From Dendrobates tinctorius (lineage: Eukaryota): a stretch of 64,000 nucleotides of DNA. Below, one piece after another: positions 25,313 through 37,852 of the stretch. Location: positions 620,001 to 684,000 of the forward strand of contig NW_027361774.1 in assembly GCF_039654945.1 (NCBI RefSeq). Reading direction: 5' to 3'. The translations under genes and the position numbers were made by a program. The notes under the pieces are model-generated. The model did no database searches. It was given only the letters and a program-made list of their open reading frames with translations, and was not told where the DNA came from. Every line of letters starts with the position of its first letter. Position 1 is the first letter of the stretch.

Positions 25313-26642
25313 TGTGTCACAGTAAGTTTGTAAAACCATTTAGCTCAGGATAATTGGATAAACAGGTCAGGTATAAGGGGTAAAGGATAGGGAAGGTGAA
25401 CCGTGACTCACAGGCACAACCCTCCATCCTTCTACCAAACCCCCCACGGTGACCGGAGAGGAGCATGGCCGTATATGAGCCTCAGTCGGTCTCTGGAAGG
25501 GAGGAAATAAACGAGATTTCAGCAGATTAGTTTCAATAAATTTTTATTTAGAAACTTATTAAACCAAGTCCAAGTTATGATCTCCCATGCAAGGGAGCAT
25601 AAGCTAACAATTTACCATACATTCAATAAACTTCAAATAATATAAGGGAGACAGGACATAGACAGGGTAGGGAAAGGCACAAAGGATATAATTATACGAT
25701 ATCCAATAATCTATAATGGTATCATCAATGACCAATCCAGGGCGATTAAAGCAGTTATGCAACTCACTATTGTAGGATCATATCTGAATCCCGTCCCAGG
25801 CCGTGATCAGTTCTCAATTGGCTACAGAGAGAGCCTCCATGCCTGATCCAGTCGAGTATCTGAGTGAAGCTCCATCCAGGGATGCCAAACCCTGAAGAAA
25901 GAATCCCACCTGTCGGTTCTAGTTGCTTCTATTCTTTTATATAACATAATGTCGTTCATCTTCTCTTTCACCATAGATATTGGCAGTGAGGGCGACTTCC
26001 ACTTTGCCGCAATGTGGATTTTAGTGACCATACATAAGTAGTTTACTAGCTTCTGAAATCTTTCTGGAAGCCGGGAAGGCCTGGTTCCCAGTAAAAGGGT
26101 AGAAGGTTCCAGATTAACCGGTCCACCATACATCTGTGCTATCAGACGCTTCACCTTCTCCCAAAGCCCAGAAACCACCGTACAAGACCATCAAATATGT
26201 CTCATGTCACCAGATATTCCACATCCCCAAAACAGTCTCCCGAGATATTGGGAAAAATGCTGTGAATTTTTTCTGGTCCATAAGAGACTCTGTACAATAG
26301 TTTTAAGGAGGTCTCCACAAGGGAAGTCTGGTGACTACCTCATGATAGGGTGTCACAGCTACGATACCATTCATCAATTGACTGTTCAAACCCTGAATCC
26401 TCCTCCCACTGTAACATATACTTCAATTTTTTATCATCTTGTGGAGAATTTATAGCATAGTCGATCAATGAGATCGTTCCCCTGCCCAAAGGGTCATTTA
26501 GACATTAATTTTCAAACCTCGTTGCCCTGAGAGTAGTACCGCTCGGGAGGATCTGCTTTGCAAAGTGGAAGATCTGGTTCAATCGCATTACCTCCCTAAC
26601 TGGAGGTTCAAATATTTGAACAAATTCCTGTCTGTCAAGTAA

Positions 26643-26943
26643 GGCTGTGTTCACACACAGCGTTTTTTTAGCGGTATTTTTAGCGGTTTTTCCAATAAAA
26701 CCGCTAAAAATAAGCTTCCCATTCATTTCTATGCATTTTTCACCACGAAAAAAACCGCATCACGGTAAAAAACGCAGCATGCTCAATAATTACGCAGATT
26801 TTTCCGCGTTTCTGGCTAGTTATATGCGTTTTGAAAACGCAGAAAAAAAACGCACAAAAAACACGCGCAGAAAAAAACGCGCGGTTTCTGGAAAGGGAGT
26901 CAGGTTTTTCAGCAGAAAATTTCTGCTACGTGTGCACTTAGCC
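26643..26943. mobile_element. Harbinger-like MITE in L1 (copy 1)
   Basis: GGCTGTGTTCACAC...GTGTGCACTTAGCC with TAA TSD. Confidence 0.85.
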
Positions 26944-26975
26944 TAAGATATTAAATGGGGAACACAAATGTTTAA

Positions 26976-27305
26976 GGCTATGTGCACACGTAGCAGAAAT
27001 TTTCTGCTGAAAAACCTGACTCCCTTTCCAGAAACCGCGCGTTTTTTTCTGCGCGTTTTCCGCGTGGTTTTTTTGCGTTTTTTTCCGCGTAGTTTCTAGA
27101 CACATGGAAAAAGCCAGAAACGCGGAACAAAACGCGAAATTAATGAGCATGCTGCGTTTTTTACCGCGATGCGTTTTTTTTTTTCGCGGTAAAAAACGCA
27201 TCAATGTGCACAAAAAGTGCAAAATTAATGGGAAGCTTCTTTTTCGCGTTTGCCAAAAAATCCGCGGGAAAAACCGCGATAAAAACGCTGTGTGTGAACA
27301 CAGCC
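26976..27305. mobile_element. Harbinger-like MITE in L1 (copy 2, inverted relative to copy 1)
   Basis: GGCTATGTGCACAC...GTGTGAACACAGCC with TAA TSD. Confidence 0.85.
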
Positions 27306-27790
27306 TAAGTATATGAATACCTTTCAGCTTCCACCAAGAAAACATTTGTGGCTCAAGACCTGGCGGGAACATGGGGTTTTGTAATATAGCTGTCAGGGGA
27401 GAAGGGCTTGATTGTAAGTTATATTTAAACTTTCCTCCAAAGAAGCAACGAGTGGACTGTAAAAGGAGCCACATTCATTAACCCCCATGGAAGTCGGTCT
27501 GTGGTCCACATTAGGCCTGATAAAGAGAATGGTTTGGAGAGAAATGATTCCAGAATAACCCATCTCGGACTATTGGGATATCAACACGCACTTATTAATG
27601 GAGCAATCTGTGCCGACTTGTAATAAAGTGTAAAATTAGGAAGGGATAAACCCCCTTCTTTTCTGTGACGGAACATAAGTTTTTGCACAATTCTGGGTTG
27701 TTTTCCTAGCCAAAGAAACTTAGACATCATAGAGTGTGAATGAGTGAACGTTCTGGCTGGTACCATAATTGGGAGGGACCTAAATAGATA

Positions 27791-29422
27791 CAGTCATATG
27801 TAAAAGTTTGGGCACCCCTATTAATGTTAACCTTTTTTCTTTATAACAAGCTATTTCAGTTTCATATATCTAATAACTGATGGACTCAGTTATATTTCTG
27901 GATTTTAATGAGGTTTATTGTATTAACAGAAAATGTGCAATCTGCATTTAAACAAAATTTGACTGGTGCAAAAGTATGGGCACCCTTATCATTTTCTTGA
28001 TTTGAACACTCCTAACTACTTTTTACTGACTTCCTGAAGCACTAAATTGGTTTTGTAACCTCATTGAGCTTTGAACTTCATAGCCAGGTGTATCCAATCA
28101 TGAGAAAAGGTATTTAAGGTGGCCACTTGCAAGTAGTTCTCCTATTTGATTCTCCTATGAAGAGTGGCATCATGGGCTCCTCAAAACAACTCTCAAATAA
28201 TCTGAAAACAAAGATTATTCAACATAGCTTTTCAGGGGAAGGATACAAAAAGTTGTCTCAGAGATTTAACCTGTCAGTTTCCACTGTGAGGAACATAGTA
28301 AGGAAATGGAAGAACACAGGCACAGTTCTTGTTAAGCCCAGAAGTGGCAGGCCAAGAAAAATATCAGAAAGGCAGAGAAGAAGAATGGTGAGAACAGTCA
28401 AGGACAATCCACAGACCACCTCCAAAGACCTGCAGCCTCATCTTGCTGCAGATGGTGTCACTGTGCATCGGTCAACAATACAGCGCACTTTGCACAAGGA
28501 GAAGCTGTATGGGAGAGTGATGCGAAAGAAGCCGTTTCTGCAAGCACGCCACAAACAGAGTCGCCTGAGGTATGCAAAAGCACATTGGGACAAGCCAGTT
28601 ACATTTTGGAAGAAGGGCCTGTGGACTGATGAAACAAAGATTGAGTTGTTTGGTCATACAAAAAGGCGTTATGCATGGAGGCTAAAAAACACAGCATTCC
28701 AAGAAAAACACTTGCTACCCACAGTAAAATTTGGTGGAGGTTCCATCATGCTTTGGGGCTGTGTGGCCAATGCCGGCACCGGGAATCTTGTTAAAGTTGA
28801 GGGTCGCATGGATTCAACTCAGTATCAGCAGATTCTTGACAATTATGTGCAAGAATCAGTGACGAAGTTGAAGTTACGCAGGGGATGGATATTTCAGCAA
28901 GACAATGATCCAAAACACCGCTCCAAATCTACTCAGGCATTCATGCAGAGGAACAATTACAATGTTCTGGAATGGCCATCCCAGTCCCCAGACCTGAATA
29001 TCATTGAACATCTGTGGGATAATTTGAAGTGGGCTGTCCATGCTCGGCGACCATCAAACTTAACTGAACTGGAATTGTTTTGTAAACAGGAATGGTCACA
29101 AATACCTTTATCCAGGATCCAGGAACTCATTAATAGCTACAGGAAGCGACTAGAGGCTGTTATTTTTGCAAAATGAGGATCTACGAAATATTAATGTCAA
29201 TTTTATGTTGAGGTGCCCATACTTTTGCACCGGTCAAATTTTGTTTAAATGCAGATTGCACATTTTCTGTTAGTACAATAAACCTCATTTGAATCCAGAA
29301 ATATAACTGAGTCCATCAGTTATTAGATATATGAAACTGAAATAGCTGTTGCAAAAAACAAAATTGTTATAAAGAAAAAAGGTTAACATTAATAGGGGTG
29401 CCCAAACTTTAACATATGACTG
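27791..29422 (+). mobile_element. Full-length young Tc1 transposon nested in L1
   Basis: ~200-bp TIRs starting CAGTCATATG; TA TSD; L1 reading frame resumes across the site. Confidence 0.97.
28172..29176 (+). CDS. Tc1 DD34E transposase, complete except a stop 6 codons before the natural end
   Basis: HTH and GRPRK, WTDETK, QQDND, SPDLNIIE; ends AK*GSTKY*. Confidence 0.92.
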   Translation: MGSSKQLSNNLKTKIIQHSFSGEGYKKLSQRFNLSVSTVRNIVRKWKNTGTVLVKPRSGRPRKISERQRRRMVRTVKDNPQTTSKDLQPHLAADGVTVHRSTIQRTLHKEKLYGRVMRKKPFLQARHKQSRLRYAKAHWDKPVTFWKKGLWTDETKIELFGHTKRRYAWRLKNTAFQEKHLLPTVKFGGGSIMLWGCVANAGTGNLVKVEGRMDSTQYQQILDNYVQESVTKLKLRRGWIFQQDNDPKHRSKSTQAFMQRNNYNVLEWPSQSPDLNIIEHLWDNLKWAVHARRPSNLTELELFCKQEWSQIPLSRIQELINSYRKRLEAVIFAK

Positions 29423-29598
29423 TATAAGAAGCGAGGCAGTGACACCATTTTTAATGCATGTGTTCTGCCGAGCCAGGATAACTTTGAGGAAGCCCATCTA
29501 TCCAGGTCCCTCTGGAAGTTTTGGATCAGTGGAGTGTAATTCCACCGAAACAGAGGTGACCTGTTGGCTGTTAAGTTGATACCCAGATATGTTAGATA

Positions 29599-30315
29599 CC
29601 GTATTTTTCAGACCATAAGACGCACTTTTTTCCCTCAAAATTTTGGGGGAAAGTGGGGGGTGCATCTTATGGTCGAAATATACTAACCTGCGGTGCGGTG
29701 GTGGCAGCGAGCAGGGCTCTGCGGTGCGGTGGTGGCAGCGAGCAGGGCTCTGCGGTGCGGTGGTGGCAGCGGGCGGGGCTCTGCGGTGCGGTGGTGGCAG
29801 CGGGCGGGGCTCTGCGGTGCAGGGTGGCGGCGAGATCTGAACCCGCGCATGCGCCGTCCCCGGACCAGCGGCCATCTTTCCGGCAGCCATGTTCCCGGAG
29901 GCCACCGCAACATGGCGGCAGCCAGCAAGGGATGTGCGGGGGACTCCGGGCTGCGAGGAAATGCCGGCGGAGCCGCCGCCCCTGCACCGGAGCACAGCCC
30001 GCCACCACCCTCACCCAGCACAGGCCACCTGCCCCTGCCCCAGCACAGCTGCCCCAGCACAGCTGCCCCTGCCCCAGCACAGCTGCCCAGCATAACCAAC
30101 CTGCCCCAGCACAGAGCCGTCACCGCACGAGCCTGGACCACTGAATGACCCCTGTGAATACTCCTCCACCTGTGCCGGATCCCTTCCCAGGTAAGCTGAA
30201 TTCGGACTGTAAGACGGACCCCCATTTGACACATTATTATTTTTTTCCCTATTTTCCTTCTGAAAATTGGGGTGCGTTTTATGGTCCGGTGCGTCTTGTA
30301 GTCCGAAAAATACAG
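29599..30315. mobile_element. Tc1/mariner-superfamily MITE (CCGTA termini) with internal GC-rich tandem repeats
   Basis: TA+CCGTATTTTTCAGACCATAAGACGCAC ... GTGCGTCTTGTAGTCCGAAAAATACAG+TA. Confidence 0.85.
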
Positions 30316-32214
30316 TAATGTTCTTTGTGTATAAACCCAAAATGGGAGGCTATATTAGTTTGCTCTGTCTTAGGAAAATTTACAAAAAATGCTTTGGATT
30401 TATCAATGTTAATCTTTAACCCTGAGATCATCTCAAATTCGTGAAGGAGGGAAAACAAGTGAGGGAGTGTAGTGTGGGGACTTATTAATGTTAGCAGGAG
30501 ATCATCCGCAAAGAGGCTGACTTTTTATTGGTCTCCCATATTCTCAGGGCCCAGGATATTCTGATCTCTCCTTATTGCTTCCACAATGGGTTCCATTGTA
30601 AGTGCAGAAAGATCCGGAGATAGAGGACAGCCCTGCCTGGTACCCTCTGAATATTAATTGGAGGGGGGTGTGGTGACGGGAGTTTTACATAAGCGATAGG
30701 GCTGTCATATAACAATTGGAGGCACTTTATAAGTTTAGGGGAGAATCCGACTTCTGATAGAACCGTAAAGAGATATGTCCAGGACGCCGAATCGAAAGCC
30801 CTCTCAGTATCTAATGCAAGCAGGAGAAGTCGCTTTCGCTGTAGGTTAGTTGTATGAATAATATTTAACGCTCCCCTAATATTATCTGGGGCCTGTCGCG
30901 CTGGTATAAAACCAACCTGACCCCGATGGATGAGGTGAGGGAGGATTTTATTGCTCCTGTTAGTCACAATGGATGTAAAGATTTTGAAGTCAATGTATAA
31001 GAGGAATATAGGTCTATAATTTGTGGTGAGATGATCTTTCTTAGGATTAGGGATTACGGTTACATGCGCCACGTAGAACTCAGGGGGCAGCTGTGAGCCA
31101 TTTAGTAGTGAATTACAGAGGTTTTTATATGTGGTGTCAGCACATCGTTGCATTTTTTATCATATATTGCTGTAAGACCATCCGGCCCCGGGGCCTTTCC
31201 TCTTTTTAGTTTTTTGAGTGATGAAACTATTTCCTCCTCAGAGATGTGTAAATGGAGTTGTTGTGCCGCGGACTCAGTCAGGTTAGGTAGATGTAGTGTG
31301 TGAAGGAATGACTCCAGTAGTGAGGGGGGTGATTGTGGGGCGAATACAAACTCTGGGGGTATTCATTATAAGTGCTATACATGACATCGGGGTGGGCTGA
31401 GATCTGACCCTTAGGGTCTTTTATAGAGGAGATTATATGCAGTGACTCTCTCATTCTGAGCTTACGAGCGGCATCTTATTAGGCTTATTGGCATGGTGAT
31501 AAAACGCGGCTTTACTCCAAGTTAGCGCCTCTCCGTTCTGGTGGTGAGAATGGCGTCTAATTGTCATTTCATATCTTGTATTTGTGTAGATAAGTATAGG
31601 GGTGAAGAGCGCTGATTGGCCAATTCTCACTCCTGCAGTTTCTCCTCCAGTCTGGGCTGTAATTCAGACCTTTCTTCTTCCTGTCGGCCGATAACTTAAT
31701 CACAGAACCGGGAATAGATTTTCTGTGCGCGAATCACATTACTCCAAGTGAGGCCTCCTCCGCTGTGTGAGTTTAGGGGAAATTTGTTATATCTTCTCTT
31801 ATAGCGGTTACATTAGAGATTTGGGCATTTTAGCTCTTGGTGTGGAGTCGATAGCACAATCATATGCCGCCATATAGTAGACGGCCGGTAACTGGTGAGA
31901 ATTCCCTCCAGTGTGGGGTCTATTTCCCTCCAGAGAAATCACACGTTACATTCCACACATAACACTGTGTAGAGAAGGCGGCGCGGGGTAATTGTGCCAG
32001 TAGTGAGGGGCGAATAATGGCGGGACTGTCACTGACTGAGGAGAAGGCTCCATGGAGGTCTGCACTCCGGAGATCATGTGACCCCTGACTCCTCCCCTCC
32101 TGTGACCTCATCACAGGTCCTGTGCACAGAGCAGCCATATATGTGGAGTGCGGCTCTGCAGGTTAGTGATCGGCAGTCCAGCTCTTCTTTCTCCTTTCCC
32201 CACTTTTCTCCCTC

Positions 32215-33738
32215 CTGTCCCTTCACTATAAAGCCTGAGCCTCATTATACAGCTGTACAGGGGTCTAGTGAAGGCTTTTTAGCCCTTTCCTCATACTGTA
32301 GCTCCTGGGAACAGGCCCTCACTCCTGTCCCCTCACTATAAAGCCTGGGCCTCATTATACAGCTGTACAGGGGTCTAGTGAAGGCTTTTTAGCCCTTTCC
32401 TCAGACTGTAGCTCCTGGGATCAGGCCCTCACTCCTGTCCCCTCACTATAAAGCCTGGGCATCATTATACAGCTGTACAGGGGTCTAGTGAAGGCTTTTT
32501 AGCCCTTTCCTCAGTCTGTAGCTCCTGGGATCAGGCCCTCACTCCTGTCCCCTCACTATAAAGCCTGGGCCTCATTATACAGCTGTACAGGGGTCTAGTG
32601 AAGGCTTTTTAGCCCTTTCCTCAGACTGTAGCTCCTGGGAACAGGCCCTCACTCCTGTCCCTTCACTATAAAGCCTGGGCCTCATTATACAGCTGTACAG
32701 GGGTCTAGTGAAGGCTTTTTAGCCCTTTCCTCAGTGTGTAGCTCCTGGGAACAGGCCCTCACTCTTGTCCCTTCACTATAAAGCCTAGGCCTCATTATAC
32801 AGCTGTACAGGGGTCTAGTGAAGGCTTTTTAGCCCCTTCCTCAGACTGTAGCTCCTGGGAACAGGCCCTCACTCCTGTCCCTTCACTATAAAGCCTGGGC
32901 CTCATTATACGGCTGTACAGGGGTCTAGTGAAGGCTTTTTAGCCCTTTCCTCAGACTGTAGCTCCTGGGAACAGGCCCTCACTCTTGTCCCTTCACTATA
33001 AAGCCTGGGCCTCATTATACAGCTGTACAGGGGTCTAGTGAAGGCTTTTTAGCCCTTTCCTCAGACTGTAGCTCCTGGGAACAGGCCCGCACTCCTGTCC
33101 CTTCACTATAAAGCCTGGACCTCATTATACAGCTGTACAGGGGTCTAGTGAAGGCTTTTTAGCCCTTTCCTCAGTCTGTAGCTCCTGGGAACAGGACCTC
33201 ACTCCTGTCCCTTCACTATAAAGCCTGGGCCTCATTATACAGCTGTACAGGGGTCTAGTGAAGGCTTTTTAGCCCTTTCCTCAGTCTGTAGCTCCTGGGA
33301 ACAGACCCTCACTCCTGTCCCGTCACTATAAAGCCTGTGCCTCATTATACAGCTGTACAGGGGTCTAGTGAAGGCTTTTTAGCCCTTTCCTCAGACTGTA
33401 GTTCCTGGGATCAGGCTCTCACTCCTGTCCCTTCACTATAAAGCCTGGGCCTCATTATACAGCTGTACAGGGGTCTAGTGAAGGCTTTTTAGCCCTTTCC
33501 TCAGTGTGTAGCTCCTGGGAACAGGCCCTCACTCTTGTCCCTTCACTATAAAGCCTAGGCCTCATTATACAGCTGTACAGGGGTCTAGTGAAGGCTTTTT
33601 AGGCCTTTCGTCAGACTGTAGCTCCTGGGAACAGGCCCTCACTCCTGACCCTTCACTATAAAGCCTGGGCCTCATTATACAGCTGTACAGGGGTCTAGTG
33701 AAGGCTTTTTAGCCCTTTCCTCAGACTGTAGCTCCTGG
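32215..33738. repeat. 110-bp tandem array, ~14 copies, no indels
   Basis: Unit starts at 32221, 32331, ... 33651, exactly 110 bp apart. Confidence 0.97.
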
Positions 33739-34127
33739 TCACCATGTGATCTCACCATAACCCTAACAAGCGAATTAAGGTGTGAAATCTTGATCAAAAT
33801 TATCTCAGTACACAAATCTCTAAATGTGCCCAAAGTTTTGCATCGCCCCTTTTACTTTTTGCAATTATGAAATTGTCTATATATATATATGTGTTTTATT
33901 ATTATTTTTGCCTAAAATACAAAGGCCATGTGTCATCTTAGAGGTTCGGCCTTTTAGAGATCATTTCATTTTCATCTTACTACTCACAATAACGGTCATT
34001 TTGACCAGGGGCGCCCACACTTTTACATGCCGCTGTCAATGCTTCGTCCCGCTGGTGCTCAATATTTAATAGGGTCTTGCTATTAATCTTAATGAAAATT
34101 TCGGTTAATTTCTTTGAGCTGTTATTA

Positions 34128-34310
34128 CTAGAGATGAGCGAATATCGTCGGAGAAGTTGTTATTGGCTAATATCACTTACCGAATAGCTGCATCGGGACC
34201 CCGGATCCCTGGAGCGCTCCCGATAATCAGCTGCATGTGTCGCCCTCCATGCAGGTGCTGTGACTATCACACAGCGCGACACACGCAGCTGATTATCGGG
34301 AGCGCTCCAG
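34128..34310. mobile_element. Partial hAT-like MITE
   Basis: Starts TAGAGATGAGCGAA; internal inverted repeat CTGGAGCGCTCCCGATAATCAGCTGC. Confidence 0.5.
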
Positions 34311-34829
34311 CACACTGAGTCCTGCACACACTGAGGCCCCTGATCATGTGACCCCTGACTCCTCCCCTCCTGTGACCTCATCACAGGTCCTGTGCACAGA
34401 GCAGTCATATATGTGGCAGACACTCCTGGTCTTATGCTTTCTGGGCCGGTTCCTCCTGTGAGTCCTATTAACCCTTTCGCTCCCTGTATTCTCCTTTCTG
34501 ACTAGGACAATATCTGAATTCGGACAGTGTGACAGAAATTTAAGCAATGTGGAAGGAAAAAATGACAATTTTACTTTTTTCCTCACAAAAATGTGACTTT
34601 AGCCCCAAAATTGGCAGCGTAACAAATCCTTATTCCCCCACTGTAGTTTGTAGACTCCATATACAGATCCCTTAAGTGTGAAAAGAGCTGAATTCCCCAC
34701 TTAAGTTATTGCATTTTGGAAATTGCCCCCACTGGGAATTTATCTCCAGGTAAAGGCACAATTGTGTCTCCATGGGGGTTGTGCTCGCAGCCCAACATCG
34801 TGTGACCCTACAAAGAAATGCCACCCCGC

Positions 34830-35701
34830 ACCATTACTGACCACTGCCAAACTGGTCATGCTGAAGGATGTTGCAGGCAGCAGATCGCTCTCCACGGCGT
34901 CTCCAGACTCTGTCACGTCTGTCACATGTGCTCAGTGTGAACCTGCTTTCATCTGTGAAGAGCACAGGGCGCCAGTGGTGAATTTGCCAACCCTGGTGTT
35001 CTGTGGCAAATGCCAAGCGTCCTGTACGGTGTTGGGCTGTGAGCACAACCCCCATCTGTGGGCATCGGGCCCTCAGACCATCCTCATGGAGTCAGTTTCT
35101 AACCGTTTGTACAGACACATGCACATTTGTGGCCTGCTGAAGATCATTTTGCAGGGCTCTGGCAGTGCTCCTCCTGTTCCTCCTTGCATAAAGGTGGAGG
35201 TAGCGGTCCTGCTGCTGGGTTGGTGCCCTCCTACGGCCCCCTCCACATCTCCTGGTGTACTGGCCTATTCCTGGTAGCGCCTCCAGCCTCTGGACACTAC
35301 GCTGACAGACACAGCAAACCTTCTTGCCACAGCTCGCATTGATGTGCCATCCTGGATGAGCTGCACTACCTGAGCCACTTGTGTGGGTTGTAGAGTCCGT
35401 CTCATGCTACCACGAGTGTGAAAGCACAACCAACATTCAAAAGTGACTAAAACATCATCCAGAAGCATTGGTACTGAGATGTGGTCTGTGGTCCCCACCT
35501 GCAGAACCACTCCTTTATTGAGGGTGTCTTGATAATTGCCAATAATTTCCATCTGTTGTCTATTCCATTTGCACAACAGCATGTGAAATTGATTGTCAGT
35601 CAGTGTTGCTTCCTAAGTGGACAGTTTGATTTCACAGAAGTTTGATTTACTTGGAGTTATATTCTGTTATTTAAGTGTTCCCTTTATTTTTTTGAACAGT
35701 G
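34830..35701 (-). mobile_element. Truncated Tc1 element (5' half)
   Basis: TIR CACTGTTCAAAAAAATAAAGGGAAC beside TA; [12 protein letters not shown]... HTH region and W..VLFTDESRF. Confidence 0.88.
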
Positions 35702-37852
35702 TATATAGATTGATAGATTTTTTTTTCTTTGCATTGGAGGGTCCAATTCCAGCTATTGCTGTGGGACCTGTGATTTCTATCTACTCCACTGTGTACAGGA
35801 TAATAGAGTATAATAAAGTAGTTATGGATGAGACGTAACTAACATTGTGCAGTGACTCTGCTTTCCATATAGTGATGGATATTTCTTGTTGATGAAACTG
35901 TGATTTTTTTTTCAACTTCAAACCTTTTTTAAACCCCTCTGATCAGTGCGATCATACAACATACAAGCCTCTGATGGCTCCGGTGATGCCCTGTACTACT
36001 GTAGTGCCGTGTATCATCACTGCCTGTCAGTGTAATACTAACGGCCCCATACACATGAGATCAGAGTTGGCTGAACGGTCATTTGGCAGACGGCGATCTC
36101 TCCCGACTCCCCCATACACACAAATATTCCAGCTTTCCTGTGGTCTGTATGAGAGAGTCGCCTCCAGACTCCTCTAGAGGAGGATTATCTACAGGAAGAA
36201 CAGATGGATTATCCTCTGAAATTCAGGATGCCAGATCCTTCTCTGTCCTGACATCATCTGTCGGGAGGCCCCCAAATACATTATGTGATCGGCCAAACCC
36301 CCCGAAGTCAGAGCTTTCATGGAACTTTAGTCTAATGTGTATGGGGGCGTTATAAGGTAACTTATTGGACGCTGCCTCTGGCCCGACCTAATAGACCTTC
36401 ATACATTGCAGCCCAGACCCCGTTATTAGGCATGTAAGTATCGCAGTAACTAGGCCGCCCCATACTATCGAGTACTTGGAGGCGGGGGGCATTCAGCCAA
36501 ACTCTGTCACACCTTCTTAGATGTCATGTTTGCTTTTCAGGGTTTTTGTTGCAGCCTCATCTGTGCCGTCCCTGCGGTGTACATCTATGTTCTGGGGCCC
36601 AAAAAGATTAATTTCTTTTTAATAAATGTTTAACATGTTAAAAACTATAAAATGTGTTTTGCTTTTTACATATTTTTTTCTTCTTACAAGAATTGTTGGA
36701 GCCAATTTTCCTTAGAAACATTTAAATTTCGGCTTTTTCTGGAGTTTTTCTTGTAACATAGGAAAGCCTAAGGCCAGAAATAAACCCCATAAATCACTGT
36801 ACATAGAGACTTTGAGATCAGATCATTTCTGTCCGCGTTGATTGTGGAAACAAAAAATCTTTTCTAAAAGCCTCAAACTTCTGTGTGTGACTCAGAGCTG
36901 AGATCTAACGGGATAGAAGATTCCAGTGCGGGGAAGACGGGAAACCTTCATATAGACGGCCGGTGGGGATGGAGGCAGTGACCGACTCTGGCCAAATCTG
37001 TCTCTAGAGCCGCAGTAGAAGATGAAGATGTCGTCCTCACCATGAAGGAGTTATTTCTCATGTCGCGTGTAATGAATCTCTCCTGCAGTATTGCTAATAC
37101 CGATTTCAGTGTCTGTAATGAGACGAGAATTAGCATTATGGAAGATGAGTCTATGAGGAACGTGTTCAGCTGCCGACTCCGAGGAGGAAACTGCTTGTTG
37201 TCTGTGGCCTAAATATATAGGTTTTATTAGTAGATGTCAGGGGAGAAAACTAAACCCTGTAAGATAATAAATCTCCTCATATGTTTCCCTTATTATCTCC
37301 AGTAATTGTATTATTACACAGGATTCTTATGATGTTACATCGGATCATCTTCTTCTCATTCAGGTCTCTACAATATCGGATCCTCTCAGTGAAGATCTTC
37401 TACAAAAGAGAATTTTCCTGGTTTACCCATCAAGGATGGATATGGACAGAGACAAGATGGCGGAGAGGATATTACACCTCACCCTAGAGATCCTCCTCCG
37501 TCTCACTGGAGAGGTGAGAGATTCTGATGATGTCACATTACATCATTCTTATCTATGGGAATAACAGATGGACAGAACTGGAGAGGTGAGGACTCTGGAA
37601 ATGTCTGTAGTGAGAGTTATTAATGTGTCTCTCCATTACCAGGATTACACAGTGGTGAAGAAGACCTCTAGTGATCGCTGTCAGGACCCTGTGTCTGAGG
37701 GATGGGGAAGACCCCTGAGCCAAATCACGGGGCCTCCACCTCTCCCCCTGATCCATGAGGACATCAATGACCAGAAGATCCTAGAACTCATCTACAAGAT
37801 GATTGAGCTGCTAACTGGAGAGGTGACATTGCTGGGAATGCTGGGACATTAT

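Larger units (their letters stand above)
25530..31740 (-). mobile_element. Degraded L1 LINE ORF2 with nested insertions
   Basis: RT motifs YRPI.LL..D.KI, QVGFIP.R, LALDTERAFD, LFADD; YLFRSLPI; C-terminal CCHC-like HI.WSC; A-rich 3' end near 25530-25560. Confidence 0.9.

Noticed and set aside
29498-30340. GC-rich overlapping ORFs resembling a CpG-island gene
   Set aside because: They lie inside a TA-flanked MITE and derive from its internal tandem repeats.
32215-33738. 110-bp array as a CRISPR array or newt satellite-2-like hammerhead array
   Set aside because: No unique spacers and no cas genes in a eukaryotic context; the minus strand has CTGAGGA plus a stem but lacks the following GAAA core.
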